Source: Podarcis cretensis (lineage: Eukaryota). Taken from it: 64,000 nucleotides of DNA. The notes under the pieces are model-generated. The model did not search any database. It was not told the DNA's origin and saw nothing but the letters and a program-made list of their open reading frames with translations. How positions within the stretch are numbered: position 1 is the first letter of the stretch; every line of letters starts with the position of its first letter. The stretch lies in NCBI GenBank assembly GCA_951804945.1, contig OX638164.1, positions 22,878,001 through 22,942,000 on the forward strand. Direction: 5' to 3'. Of this stretch, positions 11,560 to 25,179 are shown in pieces. Both the position numbers and the translations under genes were made by a program.

Positions 11560-11798
11560 ACATGGTACCTCGGGTTACAGACGCTTCAGGTTACAGACGC
11601 TACAGGTTACAGACTCTGCTAACCCAGAAATAGTACCTCGGGTTAAGAACTTTGCTTCAGGATGAGAACAGAAATCATGCTCCGGTGGCGGCAGCGAGAC
11701 ACCCCATTAGCTAAAGTGGTGCTTCAGGTTAACAACAGTTTCAGATTAAGAGCAGACCTCCAGAATGAATTAAGTACTTAACCCGAGGTACCACTGTA
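11560..11798. mobile_element. Tc1/mariner (Tigger-like) MITE
   Basis: Same family as 6898-7110, reverse orientation; TIR tggtacctcgggtt ... aacccgaggtaccactgta. Confidence 0.75.
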
Positions 11799-12160
11799 CT
11801 TGGGAGGGTCGAGGAAGGGCAGGAGACTTGATGCTATTTCATTTCACTTTTAATTACTGGTAGTACACCTTTCTATATTACTATTCACAAGGCAATTTAC
11901 AGCAACAAAATATACAACAAAGAACACACACCTTATAATCTTTGACCCCTCGGAGAAGGATCTGAAATATTCTCCTTGAAGCTTGAATATGTTTCATTCT
12001 GGATTGTTTCATTTGATGTTTTGATGTGTTGTAAACCGCTTTGAGATTTTTCCTTTAAAATATATGGCAGTATACAAATGAAATGACTAATAATCTGATC
12101 CACTACAGAAAGTCATAATAAAACATAACTTTAAAATGGAACGACTTATATCAAATAAAG

Positions 12161-12408
12161 TACCGTATTGCCCCAAATATAAGCTGCACTTTTTTTTCCA
12201 AATTCCGATTGTGAAAAGTAAAAGTGCGGCTTATATTCGCGATCTTACGCCACCAACAAAGCGGTGCAGCTCTCCCCCCCCCCCCCCCAGAGATCAGCCC
12301 AGGAGTGCAAGGCAACGGTGCCCATCCTGTCCACGGCTCCCCCAATCTGCCGAATTTTAAAGGTGCAGTTTGTTTGCAGGTGCGGATTATATTAGGGCCA
12401 ATACAGTA
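12161..12408. mobile_element. Tc2-like MITE
   Basis: TA-ccgtattgccccaaatataa ... ttatattagggccaatacag-TA termini. Confidence 0.7.
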
Positions 12409-15400
12409 ATATTGAATAATCTATTAGAATATAATAGTACACAATAAAATTACCGTAACTATCAAAACCTCAGCAAACAACAATTAAAATCACACTTACC
12501 TGCAAGGCTGCTGGTTGCACCTGTTCGATTGCACCTGTGTGTGGAAGGAGGAAAGGGAGAAGCAGCTCTGAATCTGCCCATCAGAAAAGTACGAAGTTAT
12601 GAGGTTGACAGCTGTGTTCTACCTCCACTGGCGAGGTAGGATGCTGAGAATCACAGGGTGTGGAAGAAGCGATACCCTTGTATCCTGCGTGAGTGTGTCA
12701 TTGGGGCATCTACTTGGCCACTGTAAGAACAGAATGCTGGACTTACTACCTAAGTGTTAAACTTCCACATTCTATTTAAGCTTTCACATGCTGTAAAAGC
12801 CACTTCTGGAACTATCGTGGGATATCACAGAAGTTTAGTACTCATTTCCGTATTATTTGCCAATGGGTTTATCCCAGAAGCAAACAACACAGAAATGAGC
12901 ACCATATTCCACTATAGTTCCTAAAGTAGTTTTTATATCGTGCAGAAGCTCAAATTTTGTGCAGGACTTAACAGTTGGGGAAAAGTCTTGAAAACGGAAT
13001 AAGCTGCCATGTGAACACAGACTAGATGGGCTGTGGTCTGATCCAGCAGGGCTTTTATGTTATTTTATTTATTGGTTTCATTTCATTTCTTACCTGCCCT
13101 TCAAGCACAAGGTACCTGGGCAGGTTATAGCGATCTTTGTAATCTCACAAGGAATCACAGAATGGTAGAGTTGGAAGGGATCCCGGGCTCATCTAGTACA
13201 ACCCCCTGCAAAGCAGGAATCTTTCTGCCCTATGTGGGGCTCAAACACACAAATGTGAGATTAAGAGTCTCGTGCTCTGCTGACTCAGCTATGATTTTTC
13301 CTAGTGGAATTCTCTGCTGTTTAGAGAGCTGAAAAGAATATACACTGCATTTTGGGTTTGGTTTGAAACTGGCCACTGACAGAGGGAAGTCTGTACATCA
13401 ACACATTGATCTTAAAGCCAGATCATCCCTACCATTGGATGGTGTTTATCTTGCTGGGGCCATTCCCTGTGATTTGCTTTACACGTCCAAATCCAGTTAG
13501 CATTCTTTTTTTCTTTATTTATTTTTCTTTCTTTTTAACTGATTGAGTGAACTGCAATTATGTACCTTTCAGCTGTTCTGACTCAATCAGTGAGAAACGT
13601 TTCTCCAGAGTATTAGGGGTCGTGATATTAAGGAGGGTATGAAATTGTTTCTCCTTACGAGATTTCTACGGTACAAGCTGGAAGGTAATGCTGGATAGGA
13701 ATGGGGCAGGATGGGGAAGAAATCCTGATCGCAGCAAGATTTTTGCTAATTGACCTTATAGAAGGGTTGATCATATTCTGTGATCATGGCAGAGGAGAGC
13801 TTCATTGAAGATCCCCAAAGGTTTTAAAAAGCTTGTTCTAGGACAGCACAGAATTGTGTGGTGAAATCCTGAACTGTAGCACTTCAGATTTCAGATCAGG
13901 GTGGGTGATTATTATTACTAGTAGTAGTAGTAGTATTAGGTGAGTACTACTAGTACTCTTTTGCCTCCAGAGACTGGTGTGTTGAGCCTATGGAACCCAC
14001 TCTAAACCATGTTTAGTGTATACGTTATGGCTGGTTCAAACCACATTTTTGCAGGATGTCTTGACTGTGCCAATCTCTCACCCAAACCTACCCCGCAGGA
14101 CTGCCATGAGAATAAAACAAGCCTCATGCATGATGAAATGAGTTTGTTGGAAGACGCAGATAAAATTTTAGAAGATTTACTTTAGAATCAATGTAATTAA
14201 ATAAACAGCTTTCTCAACAGAAAATTTATAAACAAATATTTATACAGTATCACATTTTTTACATGTGCTCAAAGCAATTCCCATCCATAATCTCCGTAAT
14301 CCTTACAACAAACCTCCAAGGTAGGCCAGTATTATGCTATATTACTTTTGGCATATTGTAGACTGACAGACAGACAGATAGATAAACCAGGTTCCTTCTT
14401 TAAGCTGTTTGTTTGCTCCCAACAGTAAGTGTATGGTTTTCATTTGGCTCTATATAGAGCTTTCTGTTTCTATTTTTTGTCTATTGCATTTTTCTGCTTT
14501 GGCTTTGATCGTTGTCGTTAACACTTCCTCCAAGGAGCACAAGGTGACATAATATGATTTCCCCTGTCTCTGTTTTCTCCTCACAACAACCCTGTGAAGT
14601 AGGTTAAGCCAAGAGACAGTGACTAGCCCAAGGCTGTGAAGTGAGCTTCATAGCTCAGAGGGGATTTGAACCCTAGTCTCCCAGGTCCTAGACCTAGTTC
14701 AACACCCTAATTCATTTATTAAATTTATATTCCGTCCAGCTTTGGATCATAGCTGATGCCTTTAACTGCTGTGTTGCACCAGCCCTAGTTCACTGCAACA
14801 ACTGACTCCGCTAAGAAGTGGTTTCCCACAAAGGAGCAAAGTGAACCCAAAGTGAACCAAACACGCTAGTTCCACTCCGCGCCTGCGCTTGAAAGAAATG
14901 CTTAATGCATTGCTACCAGCTTCTCCATCCTATAGCTTATAGGCAGAGAGGGAAACACATTAGAATTTATCTTGCATCTGGAACCCATCAGCAAGGAACA
15001 GCATGAACTCCGAACACTTAGGTAAAGAGACTTAAAAAAAGAAGTCCCTTGCCACATTGCTTCATAAAAAGAGAGAGAGATTGAAAACTCAAGGAGTAGT
15101 TTAAAACCTTCCAGCAAACGAGAAGTATGTTGACATGGAATTCCCTTTTCCAGGGATGTGGGTTACATTTCAGACCTGCAGACGCACTAGTGTAACATAT
15201 TTTTTTGTTAAAGTAATTGCAACAAATCTTTTCTGCAAAGAACAGACAGAGCTGATTACCTTTTCCGCTGGCTACGAAGAGGCCTTATACAGAGTCAGCG
15301 TTTTGTCCAAACAAGCTGATGGGATCAGCAGGACCCAACATTTGCCACACTGAATTTTGCCTAAAGCAAAACAACAAGGAAGATTTGTCCCTTCCAGGTT

Positions 15401-18400
15401 TTACTTCCTTACTTACTGACTGACTTAAACAAGAACATACACTTCAATAATGTGCAGGCACAAAGCAAAGCAAAAGAATGAAAAACAAGTGAACAGAACG
15501 AAAACTAAAAATAAACGTAGGCGAACAAAGTACAAATTTAGCTTTCTGAAGCGAAAAACACCTGACAAATTTTGAGACAAACAAAAAAAATTAAAGGGGG
15601 AGGAGGAGGAGGAAAAGGAAGTTTTGATAAACGCTATGAATATTTCCAAGAGGCAAAGATGGCCAAAAGCTGCAATCCTTTCAGCTCTTACCTGGGAGTA
15701 AATTTCTCGGAACTCCGTGGAGCTTCTGAGTAGACATGAGTAGGATTGCACTGTTAAGAACATTTTGGTTCCTGAGTCTGCATATTTTTTTGGAAATCAC
15801 AAGTTAGGTAGGTTTGCCTTTCAATGAATTGTGTTTCTTCCCCACCCCTGACACACGTTTGCCTCTGGACAAATAAAAATGGTGATTAGCTGGGGTCTCG
15901 CCAGCCATATGTTTTGCAGAGTCCCCAGCCACCCTGTATGCAAATGGTGGTGTTGTTTTTCTTTAATGGTCAAGCAGCAGGAAATCTGTTGGCCAGTGCA
16001 GAAGACCCAGAGCTCAGGCGCAAGGGCCACCCTTTATTTCCACCCATGACATTAGTCACTTGTGATTTCCACAGAGGCTGCCGTAACTTGTAAAATATAT
16101 TTGTGTGTGACTAGTTGAGCCAGAATGATGAATGGGGATGAGCATTCCTTCAAAAGCAATCCTGTGGTTCATAAACCAGCAAAGATATGGAAGACCACCT
16201 GTGCGCACCCATCTCCTTTGCTAGTCGTTCCTCGTCTTGTAGGGACCACGAGTCAAAGCATATGTTTGGAGGCTGCTATTATGTTATCCCAGCAGTCTTA
16301 TATTCCTCATATCATTATATCTGCTTCCCACAAAGAATCGGGGGAATGTGTGTGTGGTGCTGAGAATTCTCTACCAATGTTTCCCAATCCACAGGTAAAA
16401 GGGAATGGCTGTCTAGCCAAGTCTGCAGTGGATACATGCAGCTAAAAAAAGGCCAGTTTCCCGATGTGGAGTTAGGTGGGGGAATGATACCTAGGAAGAA
16501 AGCCTGTCTGAGCCTTTTTTGAGTGGCCTTCTCATTCTTATTGGAGCAATTAGCAGGCACTTTTCTGAAAGTGCCAAATCTCATGAGGTGGGCACAAAAA
16601 ACCCGAGCCAGGCAGGTCACCGCTTAATCGTTTCCCATTTCCGCACAGTCCGGCCAAGTTTTCTCAGCTTGTATGTAATCCACTGGGCTGAATTGTTTCC
16701 TGCAGGTCTTGGATCATATTGTTAAGAACAACATAGAGCTGCAGTAAATCCGCTTCTGGTGTCAGGCAAGGGGAAGTAATCTCCCGGGGAGAGCACAGCA
16801 TTAAGAGATGCAAAATTAAAAGATGGACTTTGGCAGGGACGGGGAGAAAATCCTAAATGGCCTTTGTCCGTTACTTCTGGTTGGTTTGTTGCTTTGCCTT
16901 TGGCAGTGTGTAAACACCCTTTGGCAGACACCCCCTAACAATGCCCCCTGTCAAATAAAACCCCCCTATCATTTACCATTTATGTAGCACATTTTATACT
17001 TTGCAGTTGTGCTCTCCCTGTCCTCATATGGCTTTGTTAAGTACATCGTAGTAATTTCCTCTGCATATATGGGAAACAGGCTGACAGCTGGTGACCTGGT
17101 TCACAAACAGGCTAAGCTGTGGTTTGTTTATGCCATGGTTTGTTTAAGAAGCTATGAGTTATCCGCAAGTTGTCCCACAGGTGTTTGTTTTGTTTGCCAG
17201 ATGCTCTTGCCTTATGCCTTTGAAGCTCGTCTGATGGGGCAGCCAAACAAACCACAGTTAAAGAGGGATGTTCAATTTGGACATAGCTCCAAGACATGGT
17301 TAACACAAACCAAGGTTTGTAAGCCAGCAACAAACCATGGCTTCAGATTATAGTTGGTTGGCATTAAACAAATATTGAAGCCACTGGGTGGTGGTTGCAC
17401 ATAGCTCTAAGCTATGGTTTCACAGACCACAATTTAACAAACCATAGGTTTTTGTCAAACCAGACCACTGACTTATAGAAGAAGATTTTGAGTCAGGTCC
17501 ATTCACAAGAGGAACACTGGTTCTTGATTACCTACTTTGGTTTCAGGGGTCTGAAGGAAGTGGACTTGGCTCTTGAACAAACATGAAGCTTTCTTTTTGC
17601 CAAGATAGATCTCAGAAATCACCACTGGCTGCTTAGGTTGCAGTCACAGAAACAGGAATAAGCTCCATTTAACTGAATGTGTCTTACTTCTCAGTAGCCA
17701 TGTGTAGCACTGAACTCTTAGCGTGTGTGGTGAATAAATGTGTTAATTTTATTTATTACAAGATTTTCTCTGCCCTGCCTTTCTGCAAAGCAGTGCACTC
17801 CAGCTGGCTCATAGATAAAACTAAAACAATAATTGCAAAATAAAACAAGCACATTGAGACACTTGATTTAAAAACCCAGCTTTTTAAAGCCTTCTTTCAC
17901 TCGAGAAACAAAAGTCAGTGGAACACACACTGGAACAAATGCAATCTGACGGTGCACAATGGTGAAAGAGGGTGAGAGGAGAGTCCTCTTTGCCCCCGAG
18001 TCAGCCTGCTCTTTACAGTGTGATTTATTGAAGTTCTCTTATCGTTCAGGGAAACGGGAACACATTTCTTGGCAGGCTTCGGCGTCCTTTTGGCCCGTCG
18101 CTTTGCAGAGCGGTTATGAAGCCCCCCTCAAAAAACAGCTTCCTTAGCACTTTTCGAAAGGGGGAGCTCAGTAACCCTGCAGCCTGCGCTGCCTTGCTAG
18201 GCTTCAGCTAGCAGGGACATCCCTTTCACCACCATGGCCACAGTTTCATCCCAAGTCAGCTGCAATAAAGGCACCGAAAAGCTTCAGCTGCTGCTTTTGG
18301 TGGTTGCTGTGCCTGAAATTTGAGCCTGCTTCATTGGTCCACGGGGACCAATCGTGGGCACGCCTGTGGTTGCTGGCGTCTGCAGCCCATATGTGGTTTC

Positions 18401-18560
18401 TTCTGGCCTCCAAGAGGGAAATCGCAGAGTTTTGAAAGCAGAGGGAAGTAGGAATCCTAGAAAGCAAAAGGTATTAGAGCTGCGGTTGCCAAACTTTTTC
18501 TGGCCACTGGGTCCCATAAAATCATCCCCGGTGCCACCCTATAAGACGCATCATTCAGAG

Positions 18561-18828
18561 TATTAAGTTGTGGGTTGACATAGCAGACGACACAGTGATT
18601 TCTCCAAAGCAGCTCTTTATTTTGTAAGCTGGAATAGAACTGACTAGCAAACAGCTCAGCCAGCCTGCTTTTATAGGCAGCCGGCTGTCAACATTGTAGC
18701 AACAACAACCCAGAGTTTCCCGCCTAAAATAACTGACGTGGACCTGAGTGAAAACTATCTACAGACCTGAGTGAAAACTATCTACAGTATCCCCCTGCTG
18801 GCCCAGGGTGAAACTTCACTACATAACA
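18561..18828 (-). mobile_element. Solo LTR
   Basis: Homologous to 29811-30057; ends cataaca; 5-bp TSD cagag (18556-18560 / 18829-18833); TATA-like ctataaaag and AATAAA on the minus strand; internal duplication of gacctgagtgaaaactatctaca. Confidence 0.8.
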
Positions 18829-20658
18829 CAGAGTAACAGTTTGCATGACCCACTGAGGAAAATGATAACACAATAAATCAACGATTAATTGCACATTCCT
18901 TCAACATCCAATAAAAACTATTTAGCTTAATTAATTCCACAAAATGGATGACCTATATCCAGTGACACCAGCTTTTCAAAGTTGGATAGCAGAAGTGCCA
19001 ACTTGAATAAAATATTGGGAGGGGGGCAGGTAAGTCCCACCCTGCAGCATCGATCACATGATAAGCACATGAACACAATTTGAATGGCAATGCCACTCAA
19101 CTTTGAGTGGCCCAACCCCTTCAAATACTTTATGGGGGGTGGGAGAGGGACCTTGGCCCCTAGGATTTGGCTCCTATGTCTGAGAGTCATTTATACTTCC
19201 AGCCAGAGCAGTTTTTTTAGCTTGAACTCACCTGAACTCAGTTCTGGCACCTCTCTGGTAGGTGCCATTGCCATTCTAAGAGAATGAGGGAGGTGTTCAT
19301 GGTGAGTTCCAACACCTCTTTTTCCAGAAAAATGGCCCTGCCTCCAGCGCCCGCCCCGCCCCCATGATTCTTAATGCCCCCTGGTAATCCCACTTTTCAC
19401 CAGGGGGCACTACCACCCACTTTGGAGGTCAGAATGTCGACACGTTAGCCAGGGTTGCCATATCTTCAAGAGCAAAAAAGAGGGCAGCCCAAGCTGGGGA
19501 AATAGGCACCGGGGAGGGGGAGGCCTGCTGCCACACATCTCTTTCCTCAGCTCGGGCTGGCAGCAGCTACGGCATGCAGAGCAGCCCGAGCAGCTGCCAG
19601 CCTGAGCAGAGGCAGGGCCCCAGCTCCTACCTGATCTTCACTGCACTGGCCTTGCTCTGCTTCCGCTTCCGGGGCACAGTGCTCTCCCAAGCATGCACAT
19701 GCCCCCCTCCAATAAAACAAAACCCCAAACCCCTGACATTGCCTTTAAAATGTAAAAATCTGCCCAGAGGAGCATGTTATCCCCCACAAAGAGAACACAT
19801 ATACAGTACAGTTTTCTTGAATGTATGCCAACCCTAACGATAGCATTCCCTAGAGAAACACACACACACATATTTTCATCCAACGTATGCCAAAGTGATG
19901 ATTGGAACGCTCCTCTCCATGAGTGTCCATGTATACTCATGTGAGTGGTGGGGAATCACCCCCTCCCCATTGAACCATAAATGCCAGATATCCAGATTTC
20001 CCTTAAAAAAAATAAAAAGCAAGTTTCTATGTTTTTTGAACCTAAGGCATGAGGTCAAGGTACAGGTGGAGATGGGGAATTTCAGCTTCCTTCACTTCCT
20101 CAATTTTCTAATCTTAAGTTCATTTCTCCACATTAGTTTGTGATTAAAAAAAAAATTCTCATGGAAATCTGTGATGTATGAACACCCATTTTATGCAGTT
20201 TTGCCTCATATCCATGTTTCTGCAAGCTGTTTTCCTGAATACAATGCATATCTGTATGTTGCTTTCACAAACAGAAGCATTTTTAGGGGGGGGGCGACAC
20301 TTTTACCCCAGTATATGCATTCTTGTACATGTTACTAGGCTGAAGAAATGCACGAAAAAATTCAGAGAGTTTTGAAGGATGACTATTCTAGCAGTTGTCT
20401 TATTTTAGTTCTCTTATTGTTTTGCGAAGTGCAGATTAGGTTTCCATGCACTTTCCACATGCGGAAAGTTAAATTCAGTTCATGTGAAATAGCAAACCTA
20501 TTGTGCTTTTCGAAACAATACAGGAACGGAAACAAAACCATCCTCTGAAATTTGCACTTCAGTAAGTTTTGCAGTGCAGTTCTCTAGCAGAGAAATGAAT
20601 ACTGAAAGGCATCTACTGGGGTACAGCGTGCATTAAAATGAAGGTATTAGTGAAAATA

Positions 20659-21010
20659 GGAACACGGGTGGCGCTGTGGGTTAAACCACAGAGCCTAGGA
20701 CTTGCCAATCAGAAGGTCGGCGGTTCGAATCCCCGTGACGGGGTGAGCTCCCGTTGCTCGGTCCCTGCTCCTGCTAACCTAGCAGTGTGAAAGCACGTCA
20801 AAGTGCAAGTAGATAAATAGGTACCGCTCCGGTGGGAAGGTAAACGGCGTTTCCGTGCGTTGCTCTGGTTCTCCAGAAGCAGCTTAGTCATGCTGGCCAC
20901 ATGACCCGGAAGCTGTACGCCGGCTCCCTCAGCCAATAAAGCGAGATGAGCGCCGCAACCCCAGAGTCATCAGTGACTGGACCTAATGGTCAGGGGTCCT
21001 TTTACCTTTT
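20659..21010 (+). mobile_element. Sauria SINE, full length
   Basis: Highly similar to 49-397; perfect 14-bp TSD tattagtgaaaata (20645-20658 / 21011-21024). Confidence 0.93.
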
Positions 21011-21813
21011 TATTAGTGAAAATAACGTGCAAATGCATTATATAGGGGAAAACTGCTGTGTGAACATGCATACATAAGAGGAAATGCGGGGCATAAGTGG
21101 TGGCCAATGCAGGGCAAAGGAGGTGGTATAATGTACAGAGTGCTGTGAGAAATGTAGAATCATCGAGCTGATAGGGACTCCTGAGGGTCCAACCCCAAGC
21201 AACGCAAAAATATGTGCATTAGGAAACATTTGCACTAAATTTCCCCCTGCACTCCTGCCTTTGAGGGCTCCCCTTTGCAGATCAGCTAGCTCTGCCCAAC
21301 ACCTGAGAAGTGGCATCAAAGCCAGGCCTGCTTAGGCAACAGAAACACCTGTGATCGCTCCCTGTGGGCATTTAGTCACTTAACCTCCTGGGCAGCTCAG
21401 ATCATCCTGACACGCTGCAGTTCCTTAGTAGCTCAGCGCCGTTCGATTCTCAAGTCAGGGGCTGCTGTAGCTAATTAACGCTCCGTGCGCATGAGTGCCG
21501 TGGGTTATTTGGAGGGAGAGAAAATGGGATTCTGGGGAAAAAAAACAAGCAAGTTTATTATGGTCTGGGAGAGATGGAGCAGCTGCCAGGGCAAAGCAAC
21601 CTTTAAATCAGAATCACAAGGACGCTGCTATAGAAGGCTGCGGCGTGGGGGGGGGGAGGCAATGCTGCATAATTCACGCATCCCAGTTCCTGAGGAAATC
21701 CTGCCATGATTAAACATTTCTCACCTCCATTTATGAGACTCAATCGGCTGGTGGCAGATTCAGACGTGCAACAGTTAATTTAACTGAACAAAAGTTACAC
21801 GCGTCCTAATTGT

Positions 21814-23534
21814 TTTTTTGTTTTTTTTAATAATATTTATTAAAAATTTTCCAGAATAAAAAGGAAAGATAGCAAGCAAGAAAGAAAAAACAGATATGAT
21901 TTACACTTGGTTTCAGTGGCATCTTTCCCAGACTTCCCCCCCCCTCCCTCTTGTATTCCATTTCCCTTAAATTGATTCCACAGATTCTTACCCCAAATTT
22001 TAAAACCTTATTTGTAATTTTAAATAACCCATTTATTCCAAATTAATTTATCTTATTTATCTTAATGAACCATTTCTCCTTATATTTTATATAATTCCCT
22101 AAGATCGACCCCATTTCCCTTCCACGAATTCCCCTATTTTCAAACAACAGACATGAAAAAAGAAAAGAAAGAAATAATATATAATTTTACAGCCTTTGGA
22201 TTCCAAATCTTCCCCCTCCCCCATTCCCCGGTTCCAATCCCCAAAGTTCATCCATTGTCTACTGCCAGCCTGGTGTATCCACGTCTATATCTCAACTCCA
22301 CTTTGCCGTCTTTTGATAGCTTTTAATTTCAGAAAGTCCAATCTCGAAAAAACTCTCAGAAAAAGTCATTGTTCTTCCATCCAGACCTCTATGTTTAAGA
22401 GTCTAACTTAAATTCTATTTCTTGGTCCTTTTAAAGTCTGGATGTTCCAAATACTCCAGCTTCAAATTTGGTCCGGCTCTTATTCCTCAGGTTGCTTTTT
22501 CCTGTTCTGCTGCAGAAACATTCTAATTCAGAAACTTCTTGTTCTCCACAGAGGCTTTTGTTATTCAGGAACATAACTTGCGTCAAGTCCCTTCCTTTCT
22601 TCAATAGATAAATCCATTGTCTCCTTTAGTGTAGAAACCTCTGTAGACAAAATAATGCTTCGTTTTTGCAGCTTTCCCAAGAGATAACAGATCCTGCTCA
22701 AATTCATAGTATTTTTCCACTTGCTGCTACTGTTGCAATGTCCCAGCCTCCCTCTAGAGGGAATATGGTAACTTAATTTCTTTCAAAATCAGACCCAAAA
22801 GTCAAATAACTTGTTGCCTTTATTTCCAATAATTTATGTCCAAATTGTAACAAATCTAACCAGCAAAGCCATCGTAACAAAGTTCTCTTTTATTTTCCTG
22901 CTTTGACAGCTACTTTGACAGCTGTCAAAGTTTCTGTGTCTCTTCACCAGTCTCTCATAGCAGATCGTTCCCGGTTCCCCGGGGGGGGGGGGTTGCACTT
23001 TAGTTCAGCACAATTATTGTAATTTCCCTTCGTGAAGTTAAAAATTTTTTTCAGGTAAACAAGTTCATCTCTCGATCTTAGTTGTCAAATCCTTGCGTTG
23101 AGCCATCTACAACAGGGGGGGCGGACTTCCTTTTTGCACTCCCCCCGCTCGCTCCAAATTCAAAGATCAAATTTCCCTTTTAAGTCCAATCAATTTACTC
23201 ACGGGTTGTTCCTTTTAGTCCAAATCCGAAATTTTCAAAGAAGAAGTCGTTGCTCTCCGCCGAATGGCATGCGGCTTCGCTGGGCAGGGGAAGCATTGGA
23301 CTCACAGCACCACACCCCCCCCGTCACCCGCTCTGCAGCCTTTAAAAAGGCTCCTTCGCGGGTCGGGGGGCGCAAACGGTGCCCGCCGAGTCACCAAGTC
23401 CATGGGCATCTCCGCCCATGGTTTTTGAGGGTCCCCGCGTCGCCGGCACGGCAGGACCCGACCCCTACCCAGCCGACTCCCTCCGGAGCTCGGAGGGAGT
23501 CCGCCATTCGGCGATGGCGCCGACCCGGAAGTTC
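21814..23534 (-). mobile_element. Full-length non-autonomous polyadenylated retroelement, probably L1-derived or L1-mobilised
   Basis: 12-bp TSD cgtcctaattgt (21802-21813 / 23535-23546); AATAAA (21836-21841) plus A-rich tail; GC-rich 5' end beginning GAACTTCCGG...ATGGCGG; no long sense ORF. Confidence 0.8.
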
Positions 23535-24169
23535 CGTCCTAATTGTAAACGAAGCTTCTAAGCGATTTACAAAATAACGCAAAACATACGTTATAATTAT
23601 CTGTTAAAGGTTAAAAACAAGTTTTTTTTAAAAAATCAAAATACAATTACAATTAAGCTAAAATTACAAAACCAAACCCATAGCAGCTTTTGCGTGTTAG
23701 CGCAGGCAGTCTTGACTAAAGAATTCATTTTTTAATAGCAGAATTCGTCAAGGGTACCGTGAAGGTGGTTGCCTAATGTCAATAAGCAGGGAGTTACAGA
23801 GTTTAGATGCTGCCTATATAGTGACAGCCATGGCCCCTCATAGCTAAGCTCCCTTCTAGAAATACACAGTTTTCTAGGGATGCATTGCAATGATCAGTAC
23901 AGATCTCCATGTGATGTGGGGACAACCAAGGGCAGTGGGGCCTCCTTGGATCCCCTTTTGGGCAGAGTATCTTCTGGGCACATCACTGTGCCTCAGGGTG
24001 GGGACTGATGCCCCAAGGTCCCCATTTGTGCAAGTGGCCACCCGAGGATCCTGCTGCCCCTTATTTTAAGAGGAAGGCCCATTGAGGCTCAGGTTCGAGT
24101 TCTGGTGCATCTTATCTGGAGCATGCCTCAATGCTTGCATCCTCCTTCCAAGAACAGCTCAGCGTCACA

Positions 24170-25160
24170 TTGTCATCAGAGCTCAGTGGAGGGAGAAGCC
24201 AGCCAACCAGCCGAGCCTTGCGGGGGAGGAGGGTACTTGCCTGGAGGCAAAGTCTGTATACAAGGTTCAGTCCAGCCCTAAGGTCAGGAGTATCTCAGTT
24301 CACATAGTCAGATGATCCAGGGGTCAAGAAAACCGAGGGTCCAAGGTCACAAGAAGCAGTAAGATCTGGCCAGGAATGACAAATGTTGTTTCTAGCAACT
24401 GACTGAATGTGGAAACCCTGCTTAAGAAAGCTGGAGCCAGCTGGTTCTCATCAGGAGCAAGAAGGCTGATCAGCAGCAGGCGGAGTCACTTCACCTTCTG
24501 CTCCTTCAGGCTGCTGCTCAGCAGGTGAAGTCAACTCCTGGCCCATGAAACTCATGCCACCAGGTGTGCCCCACAGACAGGGCCAGTGCCAGGACAGCCG
24601 CAGTGTATGCCAACTCCCCTCAGCCCTGGTAGGTGCTAGGCCCAGCAGAGGACTCACTGCAACTCCTCATAGCCCCTTGTCCTGCTCTCCATGCCTGTTC
24701 CCCCATTGTCTTCTCACCATGCAAGGCGACAAAGTCACCTCCTCCACTACCCCCATGCATTCCACCAGATCTGGCAAGCAAATGGATTGTAGGAAAAGCA
24801 AGTGGGAAACTTAGAGAGGGGGCCCAATGAGTGCACCTTGCCCAAGGTGACCTCCCTGCAGTTCCTGGAGATGACCCTGCCTGTACCTTCTCATCTGTAC
24901 ATCAGCTTGAGGTTATCACTATCTCCTAGCCTGGGATCCTAAGGGTGAAGATGGAGCGTTTGGAGCTTTGTGCCCAGCCGGTGAGCACCAAGTCTTCTGA
25001 CTTTGAATATATGTATTCCAGGGTGTCCCTCAGTGTATGCCAACTTCCCTCACCCCTGGTAGGTGCTGGACTAGCTATGAGGTCCTCCTCTAAGTTAGTC
25101 TCAGCTGATTCTGGTCCCTGGTCCTCTTGCTTGTGTTTCAAAACATGTCCACATCCTGAT
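24170..25160. mobile_element. Possible degraded LTR-element remnant
   Basis: Begins tgtca, ends cctgata; internal duplicated segment cagtgtatgccaact(c/t)ccctca(g/c)ccctggtaggtgct at about 24601 and 25031. No TSD confirmed. Confidence 0.3.
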
Positions 25161-25179
25161 ACTCCTCCTCTGAGTTTCT

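Noticed and set aside
12745-13020. Insert splitting a CR1 3' end, considered as a processed pseudogene fragment
   Set aside because: No recognisable protein, poly(A) tail or clear TSD.
23098-23577. 159-aa plus-strand ORF
   Set aside because: Antisense to the GC-rich retroelement leader, starts at TTG and crosses the TSD boundary.
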